Assembly (NCBI GenBank): GCA_965116875.1
Contig: OZ220733.1
Span: 3,360,001 to 3,424,000, forward strand
DNA length: 64,000 bases
Reading direction: 5' to 3'
DNA from: Candidatus Latescibacterota bacterium
GTDB lineage: Bacteria > Latescibacterota > UBA2968 > GCA-2709665
Shown here: positions 47,950 to 57,175 of the stretch, piece after piece
Position numbering within the stretch: the stretch's first letter is position 1
Layout of the letters: each line of letters opens with the position of its first letter
Made by a program: the position numbers and the translations under genes
Notes under the pieces: model-generated
Database searches by the model: none
The model's input: the letters and a program-made list of their open reading frames with translations, nothing else
What the model was told of the DNA's origin: nothing

Positions 47950-49803
47950 ATGAGTCGGACACTCAAAGACCTGATGAACGAGAGCTTCACGGAGCACGCG
48001 GATCGGACCGCCGTGCGCGTTCTGAGGCAGTCCGATCAGCAGGGCGAACGGGGCTTGCGCTACGTTCCGATGACCTATGCGCAGCTCCGCGAACAACGGG
48101 ACCGGCTGGCCTCCGGACTGGCCCGCGCCGGTTACGCAAAGGGCGACCGCGTGGGGATACTGACGGACGGCGGCCTCGAGTCGGTGCTGATTTTCCTGGC
48201 GGCGGACATGCTGGGGTTGTCTTCCGTGCCGCTTTGCAACAAGCTTCCGGACGAGATTCTCAAATACATGATCGAGCATTCGGGCCTCGAGGTGCTCTTC
48301 CTGGACAGCAGGAGCCGCGAACAGGTGGATCGGGTGCTGCCGGGTCTGGCGAAGTCTCCGAAACTGATCCTCACCGAGGGCCAGTCCGACGACATCCGGT
48401 CGTTTTTCGCCCTGGTCCAGGACGGTGGCGAGGCGCCTCCTCCCGACGTGGAAATCTATCCGGACGACGAGTCGAAGGTGATCTACACATCGGGTTCGTC
48501 GGGCTTGCCCAAGGGCGTGGTGCAGACCCACCGCAACCTGGTGGACAACGTCAGGTCGGTATGGGACGGGATCTCTCTCCGTGAACAACCGGTTCTGTTC
48601 AAGTCCGCGCCGGACTACCATACCATGGGAATCCTGAATATCTATTATCCCCTGATGAAAGGCTGGACGCTGGATCTCGCGCGTTCGCCGGACCGGGTGC
48701 TGGTGGATATTCGCTATTCCGAGCCGCACGGCTTCCTCACGGTGCCCCTGATTCTGGACAAGGTTTACGGAAACGTGCGAAAGGAAATCGACGCCGGTGG
48801 ATTGAAGGGCCGGCTCGTGGGACGCGCGGTACGGGCCAAGCGAAACATCTCCAGGGGTACGTCTTCCGTCGGGGACCGGGCGGTGTACGGACTGATCGGA
48901 AAGAAGGTCGTCGCCGCGATAAAGGAAAAGCTGTCCCAGCGCGTGGGCGGACGGCTGGAACTTCTGATCGTGGGCTCGGCCAAGGCGGACCCGGAGGCGC
49001 TGGATTTCTTCCAGGACGTGCTGGATATCACCTCGCTCGAAGGGTACGGCACCACCGAGTGTTGTCCCCTGATCGCAGTCAATACGCTGGACGCCCAGAA
49101 GACCGGTACGGTAGGAAGGCCGCTGCAGGAGGTGAAGCTGATCACGGAGGAAGGCGAGGAAGTCGGGTCCGGAGATCCTGCCACGCACACGTACCGGGAC
49201 AGCAACGGAAAAGAGGGTGAACTCTGGGTGCACGGATCCCACGTCATGCGCAAGTATCTCAATGATCCCGATCGTACCGCGGAGACGCTGGTGACGGACG
49301 AGTCCGGTAAGACATGGTATCGGACGGGGGATCTGTTCAGCATCGACGGTGACGGGTACCTGACGTTTCGGGGACGCCTGGGCCGGCAGTTCAAACTGAG
49401 CAACGGGGAGTTCGTGAATCCCGAGTTGCTCGAGCGGCTGTACGCAAGGGTGCCCCTTGTCGAACACGTGATCATCTACGGCGATCAGAGCGGGTCCTTT
49501 CCCATGCCCGTTGTCACGGTAAACGTCGAGGAGGCGCGCACGCTGGCGGATTTCCAGGACCTTCCGGAGGACGATGACGCGGTGCGCAGGCATTCGGGCG
49601 TGGCGGATCGTTTGCGGGAACTCCTGCTGAACGAGGCGACCGCCGCCGGCCTGCCCGGACACGAGCGTCCCCAGAGGGTGCTGGTGCTGCCCGACGCGCT
49701 CAGCGAGGAGGCGGGTACGCTGACGCGGGGACTCAAGAAGGTCGTACCCGGAGCGATTCTGGAACAGTACCGTGACAGCGTCGAGGCGGCGTATTCCAGC
49801 TAA
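47950..49803 (+). CDS. Long-chain acyl-CoA synthetase
   Basis: YTSGSSGLPKG, EGYGTTE, WYRTGD and KLSNGE motifs; GAGGAG RBS. Confidence 0.9.
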   Translation: MSRTLKDLMNESFTEHADRTAVRVLRQSDQQGERGLRYVPMTYAQLREQRDRLASGLARAGYAKGDRVGILTDGGLESVLIFLAADMLGLSSVPLCNKLPDEILKYMIEHSGLEVLFLDSRSREQVDRVLPGLAKSPKLILTEGQSDDIRSFFALVQDGGEAPPPDVEIYPDDESKVIYTSGSSGLPKGVVQTHRNLVDNVRSVWDGISLREQPVLFKSAPDYHTMGILNIYYPLMKGWTLDLARSPDRVLVDIRYSEPHGFLTVPLILDKVYGNVRKEIDAGGLKGRLVGRAVRAKRNISRGTSSVGDRAVYGLIGKKVVAAIKEKLSQRVGGRLELLIVGSAKADPEALDFFQDVLDITSLEGYGTTECCPLIAVNTLDAQKTGTVGRPLQEVKLITEEGEEVGSGDPATHTYRDSNGKEGELWVHGSHVMRKYLNDPDRTAETLVTDESGKTWYRTGDLFSIDGDGYLTFRGRLGRQFKLSNGEFVNPELLERLYARVPLVEHVIIYGDQSGSFPMPVVTVNVEEARTLADFQDLPEDDDAVRRHSGVADRLRELLLNEATAAGLPGHERPQRVLVLPDALSEEAGTLTRGLKKVVPGAILEQYRDSVEAAYSS

Positions 49804-49845
49804 AGACACCCTGGTTCAGACGTTTCGTTTCTGTGGGGTTTACGT

Positions 49846-50889
49846 ATGCCGGTCTTTTCAGCGGCCGAACTGCATCGAATAGGTCGGGAGATCTACGAGC
49901 GCGCGGGCGCCACGTCCGAAGAAGCGGAGACGGTCGCGGGGCAATTGGTGGAGTCCAGCCTTTCCGGCCACGACTCGCATGGCATTCAGCGCCTGCCGCA
50001 GTACGTTGCGGGGGTGGCATCCGGACAGATCGTTCCCGGCGCGGTGGTCGAGGTGGAAAGGGAGACGCCCGCAACGGCCGTTTTGAACGGGAACTGGGGG
50101 TTCGGACACGTAACCGCGGTTGCCGCGATGAAGGTGGCGATCCGCAAGGCCCGGGAGGCCTCGGTGGGGATGGTCACGGTTCACCGGTGCAACCACGTCG
50201 GCCGGCTGGGCGCCTTTACGCCGCTTGCAGCGGAAGCGGACATGATCGGCATGCTCGCGAACAACGGACACGGGGCGGATCTGGCGATGCCCCCGTCGGG
50301 CGGGATCGGAAGAATACTCCCCGCGAACTGCCTCGCGGTGGCGTGTCCGTCCGGCGGCGATTTTCCAGTCGCGCTGGATTTCACAACCGCGGTGGCTGCC
50401 GGAGGCAAGGTTCGCGTGACTCTGGCGAAGGGCGAACGGATGCCGGACGGATGGATGATCGACCACGAGGGGTATCCGACGAACGATCCGCGGGTGTACA
50501 TGACGGAGCCGAAGGGCGCATTGCTGCCGTTCGGCGGGCCCGTGGCGCACAAGGGATACGGGCTGGCCTTCATGATCGACATTCTCTCGGGCGCCCTGTC
50601 ACCCGCCGGTTGTTCCCGCGAAAACTCCAAAGAGACGGGCAACGCGCTTTTTGTACAGGCCATCAATATTGAAGCATTTCAACCGCTCGAGGCGTTCAAG
50701 GCGGAGGTAAAGCGGTTCGTCGACTACGTGAAGTCTGCCGAACCGGCGCCCGGGTCGGACGAGGTGCTGGTTCCCGGAGAGCGTTCGCGGCGCACCCGGA
50801 AGGAGCGGTCAGAATCAGGCATTCCCGTACCGGACGCCACGTGGGAGCAGATTGTGGAGACAGGAAGGAAAGTGGGACTCGAACTGTAG
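49846..50889 (+). CDS. Ldh_2 (malate/L-lactate/ureidoglycolate dehydrogenase) family
   Basis: GHDSHG, HVGRLG, HKGYGL and VLVPGE motifs. Confidence 0.92.
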   Translation: MPVFSAAELHRIGREIYERAGATSEEAETVAGQLVESSLSGHDSHGIQRLPQYVAGVASGQIVPGAVVEVERETPATAVLNGNWGFGHVTAVAAMKVAIRKAREASVGMVTVHRCNHVGRLGAFTPLAAEADMIGMLANNGHGADLAMPPSGGIGRILPANCLAVACPSGGDFPVALDFTTAVAAGGKVRVTLAKGERMPDGWMIDHEGYPTNDPRVYMTEPKGALLPFGGPVAHKGYGLAFMIDILSGALSPAGCSRENSKETGNALFVQAINIEAFQPLEAFKAEVKRFVDYVKSAEPAPGSDEVLVPGERSRRTRKERSESGIPVPDATWEQIVETGRKVGLEL

Positions 50890-50901
50890 GAGGCACTGGA
50901 C

Positions 50902-52236
50902 GTGTCAGACAAAATACGATCTTTAGCCGAGGGCGCCCGGGCTGCGGCGCTGCAATTGAGCAATGCATCCGAAGAGGAACGCAACGCGGCGCTGGAGGCA
51001 ATCGCGCGGGGTCTGGAGGTCAACGCGGGCGCCATACTGGAGGCCAACCGGCGGGATCTCGAGGCGGCAGACGTGCTGCTTGCCGAGGGCAGGCTGACGG
51101 GCGCGCTGGTGGGGCGGCTGAAGGTGGATGACGTCAAGCTTCGCAGTGAAATCATCCGTGGCGTTCACAGCGTAAGATCACAGGCGGACCCCATCGGCCG
51201 GACGCTGGCGGCCACGGAGATGGATCGTGGACTGAACGTGTATAAAATATCGGTACCCATCGGTGTCCTGGGGATCGTGTTTGAGTCGCGGCCTGACGCG
51301 CTCGTGCAGATCGCCACGCTCTGCCTGAAGTCCGGCAATGCGGTCCTGCTCAAGGGGGGCAGCGAGGCGTTCCATACCAACCGCGCGCTGGCGAACATCC
51401 TCATCGCCTCCACACGCGGCCTGCCCGGCATACCGGACGGCTGGATGCATCTGATGGAGGCGCGTGAGGACGTGCAGGCCATGCTGGACCTGCACCACCT
51501 GATCGATCTCATCATCCCCCGGGGCGGCAACGAGCTGGTCCAGCACATTATGCGGAATACCCGGATTCCGGTGATGGGGCACGCCGACGGCATCTGCCAC
51601 GTGTACGTGGACGCGGCGGCGGACCTCGAGAAGGCGAAGCGGATCTGTCTGGATGCCAAGACCCAGTACCCCTCGGGGTGCAACGCGGTTGAGACACTGC
51701 TGGTTGACAGAGAGATCGCGGGTGAATTCCTGCCGGAAATGTTGGGAATTTACCGCAGTAACGGCGTTGAGGTGCGGGGGGACGGATTGACGCGTTCGCT
51801 GGCAGGAGGCGAGGTGGCCGCCGTGTCCGAGGAGGACTGGGCGACGGAATATCTCGATCTGGTGATCTCGGTCAAGGTCGTGAACGGCGTTCACGAAGCG
51901 GTCGATCACATCAACCGGTACAGCAGCAACCACACCGATGCGATTGTCACCGAAGACCGGGCGGCGGCGTCCAGGTTCCTGCGCGAGGTGGATTCCGCGT
52001 CCACGCTGCACAACGCGTCGACCCGGTTCGCCGACGGGTTCCGCTACGGTCTGGGCGCCGAGGTGGGGATCAGCACCAACCGGCTGCACAGCCGGGGTCC
52101 CGTAGGGCTCGAGGGGCTTGTCATCTACAAATACATCATCGAGGGCAACGGGCAGGTTGCGGGCGATTATCTCGGGGAAGACGCAAAGGCATTCACCCAT
52201 CGACACCTGGCCGAGGACTGGACGCCAGAAAGCTGA
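50902..52236 (+). CDS. proA: Gamma-glutamyl phosphate reductase
   Basis: FESRPD, KSGNA, CNAVET, NASTRFADG and GAEVGIST motifs. Confidence 0.96.
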   Translation: MSDKIRSLAEGARAAALQLSNASEEERNAALEAIARGLEVNAGAILEANRRDLEAADVLLAEGRLTGALVGRLKVDDVKLRSEIIRGVHSVRSQADPIGRTLAATEMDRGLNVYKISVPIGVLGIVFESRPDALVQIATLCLKSGNAVLLKGGSEAFHTNRALANILIASTRGLPGIPDGWMHLMEAREDVQAMLDLHHLIDLIIPRGGNELVQHIMRNTRIPVMGHADGICHVYVDAAADLEKAKRICLDAKTQYPSGCNAVETLLVDREIAGEFLPEMLGIYRSNGVEVRGDGLTRSLAGGEVAAVSEEDWATEYLDLVISVKVVNGVHEAVDHINRYSSNHTDAIVTEDRAAASRFLREVDSASTLHNASTRFADGFRYGLGAEVGISTNRLHSRGPVGLEGLVIYKYIIEGNGQVAGDYLGEDAKAFTHRHLAEDWTPES

Positions 52237-52411
52237 GAAGCTGTTTTAAAATTACCGGTGAGCTCCCGAGCGCGAGCGAAAAAGTGTCGGTCAAGGCGGG
52301 AAAATCCGCCCATATTTGTCTATACGGGTGGGTTTGACCAACGCCGACCGGCGCTTTTGCAGCCGCGCGAAGACCGCTGGGAATTTTAAGACAGCTTCGG
52401 AGGTCTTTTCA

Positions 52412-55297
52412 ATGAAATATGTTCTGCGGTTTCCGGTTCTGTTTTGCCTCGTCCTGTTCGGCGCCTGTGCCGCACCGCAAAAGGCGGCCCCGCCGGAGCC
52501 TGTTGCGCCGCCTCCCCCGCCGAAACTGCCGGTCGATCCGAATCTGACGCGTGGCAGGCTTCCCAACGGCATCCGGTATATCATCCGGGAGAACCAGCGG
52601 CCGGAGAACCGCGCCGAGTTGCGGCTGGTGGTGAACGCGGGTTCGATACTGGAAGACGAGGACCAGCAGGGCCTGGCTCATTTCGTGGAACATATGGCGT
52701 TCAACGGGACCCGGAATTTCCCGAAGCTGGACCTGGTGAATTACCTGGAATCGATCGGCATGCGGTTCGGGCCGGACCTGAACGCGTACACCAGTTTCGA
52801 CGAAACCGTGTACATGCTCCAGGTGCCCACGGACAGCGCGCTGATTGTGACACAGGCGTTTCAGATTCTGGAGGACTGGGCGTCGGGCATCCTGTTTGAG
52901 GCAGAGGAGATCGACAAGGAGCGAGGGGTGGTGATCGAGGAGTGGCGTCTGGGCCGGGGCGCGGGCGCACGGCTGCGGGACAAGCAGTTCCCGATCCTGC
53001 TCAAGGGCTCCCGCTATGCGGAAAGGCTGCCCATCGGGAAGAAGGCCGTGCTGGATACCTTCAGGCACGAGGCGGCGAAGCGGTTCTATCGCGAGTGGTA
53101 CCGCCCGGACCTGATGTCCGTCATCGCCGTGGGCGATTTTGAAACGGCATGGATCGAAGGGCTGATTCAGACGCATTTCGGGCGGATTCCCGCGGCGCGC
53201 CAACCCAGAAAGCGGACGCTGTATCCGCTGCCGGGGCACGAGGAGACCCTGTTCGCCATCGCCACCGATCCGGAGGCGACCAGAACGAACGTTTCCATCT
53301 ATTACAAGCAACCGGTTCGGGAACAGGACTCTGCCGGGGCCTACCGCCAGAACATCGTCGAGTCTCTGTACAACAGGATGCTGAGCGCCAGGTTGCGGGA
53401 AATGACAAAAAAACCCGACGCGCCGTTTCTGTTCGCGTACTCCAGCCAGGGTCGATTCATCCGGACAAGCGAGTTTTACCTGCAGGGCGCCGTCGTCAGA
53501 GAGGGTGGGATTCTGCGGGGGCTGGAGGCCGTACTCACGGAAGCCAGAAGGGTGCGCCTGCACGGGTTTACGCAGTCGGAACTGGAGCGTGAGAAAACCG
53601 AGGCGCTCCGCGGGATGGAGCGCGCTTACGCGGAGCGGGACAAGGTCCGTTCCCGCAGATATGCGTCGAAGTATATCCGGCATTTTCTATCGGGCGAGCC
53701 GATTCCGGGGATCGAGCATGAATACACGATGTTCCAGGAGATGGTCCCGGAAATCCGTCTGACCGAGGTGAACCGCCTCGCCGGCGAGTGGATCACCGGG
53801 CATAACCGCGTCGTTCTGGTCGACGGTCCGGAGAAGCAGGGCGTGACAATGCCCACCGAAGAGGAACTCACGGGGGTCATCGCGCGCGTCGACGAGATGG
53901 AGGTCGAGCCCTACGAAGACGCGGCCCTGGCCCGGCCGCTCGTCGAGACGCCGCCAACGCCCGGCGAAATCGTCGCGGAGAAGAAGATCGCCGAACTGGA
54001 CGTGACCGAATGGACGCTGTCGAACGGTGTGCGCGTCGTGCTGAAGCCGACTGATTTCAAAAACGACGAGGTGCTGTTTTCGGCATTCAGCCCGGGCGGA
54101 CTCGGGCTGGTTTCAGACGAGGACTATCTTGCAGGCGTTACCGCGTCTGCCGTCGTTCAGGAAGGGGGCCTGGGGAGCTTCAACGCGATCGGACTGGAGA
54201 AGAAGCTGGCAGGAAAGGTGGTGCGCGTATCACCCTGGATCCAGGGACTTCGCGAAGGGGTCAGGGGCAGCGCCTCACTGAAGGATCTGGAGACGATGTT
54301 TCAACTGGTCTACCTGACGTTCACTGCGCCGCGCAAGGATCCCGACGCGTTTCTGGCCTACGTGCAGCGCATCCGCGGATCGCTGGAAAACCGCAGCGCC
54401 AGCCCCGCGACAGCCTACGGCGATACGATTCAGGTAACGATGGCGCAGTACCATCACCGTGCGCGGGTCTGGTCGGAAGCGCTTCTGGAAGAAATGAATC
54501 TCGATCGTTCAATCGCGATCTACCGGGACCGGTTCGCCGACGCGAGCGATTTCACGTTCTTCTTCGTCGGCAACATCGAGCTGGAAGGCATCCGACCGCT
54601 GGTAAAGACGTATCTGGGCGGGCTGCCTGCGACGAGGCGAAACGAGTCGTGGCGCGACGTGGGTTTGCGGCCTCCCCGGGGAATTATTGAAAAAACCATC
54701 CACAGGGGCCTGGAACCCAAGAGCAGCAATCGGATCGTCTTCACCGGGCCCTTCGAATGGAGCCGCAGGAACCGTTACAACCTGGCGTCCACAATCGATG
54801 TACTCCGAATCAGGCTTCGTGAGGTTCTGAGAGAGGAAATGGGCGGGACCTATGGCGTGGGCGTGGGCGTGTCCACCTCCCGCTATCCCGAGCAGCGGTA
54901 CCGTATCCGGATCAGCTTCGGCTGCGCGCCCGACAGCGTCGAACAACTCACCCGGGCGGTTTTCGCCCAGATCGACAGTCTCAAGCAGTTCGGCGCATCG
55001 GATACGAATATCGAGAAGGTCCAGGAGGCGGACCGCCGCGCCCGGGAAGCTGCGTTGAAGGAGAACGGGTTCTGGCTGAGATCCCTTTCGTCCAACTACT
55101 GGCATGGCCTGGACCCCGTCGACATTCTGGCTTACGACGAACTGGTGAACGGACTCACGTCAGACGTTGTTCGGGACGCCGCGCGGAAGCATTTCAATAT
55201 GGAGAACTATGCGCGCTTCGTACTCTACCCGGAAACGACGGAGGACGGACCTCGGGACGGGGACACGGGTCCCCCGGACACCACCGACGGGCCCTGA
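52412..55297 (+). CDS. M16 zinc peptidase (PqqL-like), lipoprotein
   Basis: HFVEH inverted zinc motif, NAYTSFDET, lipobox FGAC. Confidence 0.93.
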   Translation: MKYVLRFPVLFCLVLFGACAAPQKAAPPEPVAPPPPPKLPVDPNLTRGRLPNGIRYIIRENQRPENRAELRLVVNAGSILEDEDQQGLAHFVEHMAFNGTRNFPKLDLVNYLESIGMRFGPDLNAYTSFDETVYMLQVPTDSALIVTQAFQILEDWASGILFEAEEIDKERGVVIEEWRLGRGAGARLRDKQFPILLKGSRYAERLPIGKKAVLDTFRHEAAKRFYREWYRPDLMSVIAVGDFETAWIEGLIQTHFGRIPAARQPRKRTLYPLPGHEETLFAIATDPEATRTNVSIYYKQPVREQDSAGAYRQNIVESLYNRMLSARLREMTKKPDAPFLFAYSSQGRFIRTSEFYLQGAVVREGGILRGLEAVLTEARRVRLHGFTQSELEREKTEALRGMERAYAERDKVRSRRYASKYIRHFLSGEPIPGIEHEYTMFQEMVPEIRLTEVNRLAGEWITGHNRVVLVDGPEKQGVTMPTEEELTGVIARVDEMEVEPYEDAALARPLVETPPTPGEIVAEKKIAELDVTEWTLSNGVRVVLKPTDFKNDEVLFSAFSPGGLGLVSDEDYLAGVTASAVVQEGGLGSFNAIGLEKKLAGKVVRVSPWIQGLREGVRGSASLKDLETMFQLVYLTFTAPRKDPDAFLAYVQRIRGSLENRSASPATAYGDTIQVTMAQYHHRARVWSEALLEEMNLDRSIAIYRDRFADASDFTFFFVGNIELEGIRPLVKTYLGGLPATRRNESWRDVGLRPPRGIIEKTIHRGLEPKSSNRIVFTGPFEWSRRNRYNLASTIDVLRIRLREVLREEMGGTYGVGVGVSTSRYPEQRYRIRISFGCAPDSVEQLTRAVFAQIDSLKQFGASDTNIEKVQEADRRAREAALKENGFWLRSLSSNYWHGLDPVDILAYDELVNGLTSDVVRDAARKHFNMENYARFVLYPETTEDGPRDGDTGPPDTTDGP

Positions 55298-55461
55298 CCG
55301 CCTTCGGGACCTCTACCCCGGCCCCACAGAAGCGGGTAGACGTTAGACGGGAGAGATTACCTGCCTTGTGAGGATTTCCTTCGCGCCGAAGGCAAGGAGG
55401 GAAAACATCCCGGGCAAGGATTTCTTCTACCGTCTCGCCTCTACCGTCTACTATGTTAAAA

Positions 55462-55869
55462 GTCAAGAGAAAACGACCATATGTTGGCCTCAGATGCTGG
55501 GGTTACTCTACCATTATGCGTACCTATGCGACGCGTTCATTCTGACACGCTCGTCGAGCGTGTCAGAATGAACGAAATAAACGTCATTGAGGCCTGAATG
55601 GTTCCCTGCCGCACGACAGCAGTAGGGACCAGGCGTACGGTGTTCTCTGTTGGATGGCCTCAGATGCTGGGGCAACGCTACCAATCTACTATTCGTAGTC
55701 GCCTGGTGCAGGCGCTGACATGTCATTTATCCGGAGCCGTGCGATAGGGGACGGGGCGTGCAAACTTCACTTACGTAGTACCCTGTGGGTCTACAAGACG
55801 GTAGGCGCCGTCCCCTGTACTCCGCGATCAAAAGCGGTGCGTGCGCAGGCATCTGTTGCGACCGTGTGT
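55462..55869 (-). ncRNA. Putative bridge/seek RNA, copy 3
   Basis: Same guide segments; compensatory pair change in the long hairpin. Confidence 0.8.
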
Positions 55870-56940
55870 TCACCCGGCGATGAGGCCCAGCTGATAGGGC
55901 TCTCCATTCAGCAGGATCCTGCGCATACGGCCCACCAGGATTCTGGCAACACCGACGATGGCGCGTTTGCCACCGGCACGCACCTTCAAGTGTTCGTATT
56001 TTTCCTGCATCGCGGGATCTTTCTCGATCAGGCGCCAGGCCGCCTGGGTAAGTAACGCACGTACAATGGGCTTTCCCTGGCGGGTGATGCGCCCGTGCCT
56101 CACGTGCTCGCCCGACGAGTGCTGGCCGGGCGTCAGCCCCACGTAGGCCGCCAGCGCATCTGCGTTCTTGAAGCGCGCCACATCCTGCAGTTCCAGGAGG
56201 ATCTCCATGGCAGACAAGCATCCCACGCCCGGGATCGACGTCAGGATCGCCACCCGATCCCGATACGTGTCTGTTTGCGCAAGCTCCCACAGCATTTTCG
56301 TCTGGCGCCCCACCAGTTCACACAGATCATCGTATTGTTCCAGCATGTTCTCGAAGCTTTCCTGCGCACACGGCTCCCCCAGGTCCACACCACGCAGTGC
56401 GGTCACGAACTTGTCAGACCACGTCCCTCTGGATTCTTCGTGCACATACAAACCCATATACCGCAGTTCGGCCTTGATCCGTAGTTGTACACGCACCCGA
56501 TCCTTGATGAACTGCCGGCGGCGACGACTCACCTGGCGGTGGCACCGCTCTTCATGCGTCGGCACATAGATCGATGTCAGAAGGCCTGTCCTCAGATAAT
56601 CCGCCAGCTTGAAGCTGTCGATGGGATCCGTCTTGACCCGATTCCCACTCTGGCTCGGGATCAGGCTCGGCGGCGTCACCGAAGCAGACACACCCATATC
56701 GACAAGAAAATCATATAACCAGAAACCGAAATAACCGGCTTCATACACCGCAAAGATCTCTTTCGCTTCGCCATAACGACTCAACACCTTATCGATCGCC
56801 TCTGCTGTGCCTGCGATGCGATTGGAGAACAGTCGCAACCCATCCTCGTTGAGAATCGTCACGTGCCACTGCTTGAGATGCATGTCGATGCCCACGAAAA
56901 GATCCTTGCCATCCCACGCTTCAACGGTATACCTTGCCAT
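55870..56940 (-). CDS. IS110-family DEDD recombinase/transposase
   Basis: As copy 1; variants KTDPID and RTGLLTS. Confidence 0.96.
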   Translation of the reverse strand: MARYTVEAWDGKDLFVGIDMHLKQWHVTILNEDGLRLFSNRIAGTAEAIDKVLSRYGEAKEIFAVYEAGYFGFWLYDFLVDMGVSASVTPPSLIPSQSGNRVKTDPIDSFKLADYLRTGLLTSIYVPTHEERCHRQVSRRRRQFIKDRVRVQLRIKAELRYMGLYVHEESRGTWSDKFVTALRGVDLGEPCAQESFENMLEQYDDLCELVGRQTKMLWELAQTDTYRDRVAILTSIPGVGCLSAMEILLELQDVARFKNADALAAYVGLTPGQHSSGEHVRHGRITRQGKPIVRALLTQAAWRLIEKDPAMQEKYEHLKVRAGGKRAIVGVARILVGRMRRILLNGEPYQLGLIAG

Positions 56941-57175
56941 CACGAGCCTCCTTGTGAAAGTGTTTGTTACGGGCAAAGGCAAAGTATACTCTCACAAGCT
57001 GAGGCTCAACTCATTTTAACATAGTGACTTCCCTCTTATCTCTACCCGCATTCCGGCTTTTTTGGCCAATATGTTTTTTTTCAATTGAGGTCTAATTGCA
57101 GCGAAGTCCCGGCGTGTCCAGATGCCGGGACTCGTCTTTGATGTGTGAACGCGATCGCTGACGGAGGGGCAATCG

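Larger units (their letters stand above)
55450..57029 (-). mobile_element. IS110-family (IS1111-type) insertion sequence, copy 3
   Basis: Colinear with copy 1 (offset 32745); same IRs and core; a few substitutions. Confidence 0.95.
55333..57048. repeat. Nested-hairpin target repeat, copy 3 (55333-55449 plus 57030-57048), interrupted by IS
   Basis: Same architecture, more diverged; extra ctaccgtct unit at 55427-55435. Confidence 0.8.

Noticed and set aside
46489-49809. 1106-aa antisense ORF and similar long shadow ORFs (e.g. 62233-63981, 58116-59567, 39710-40981)
   Set aside because: They lie opposite well-supported genes, are expected from high-GC codon bias and show no motifs.
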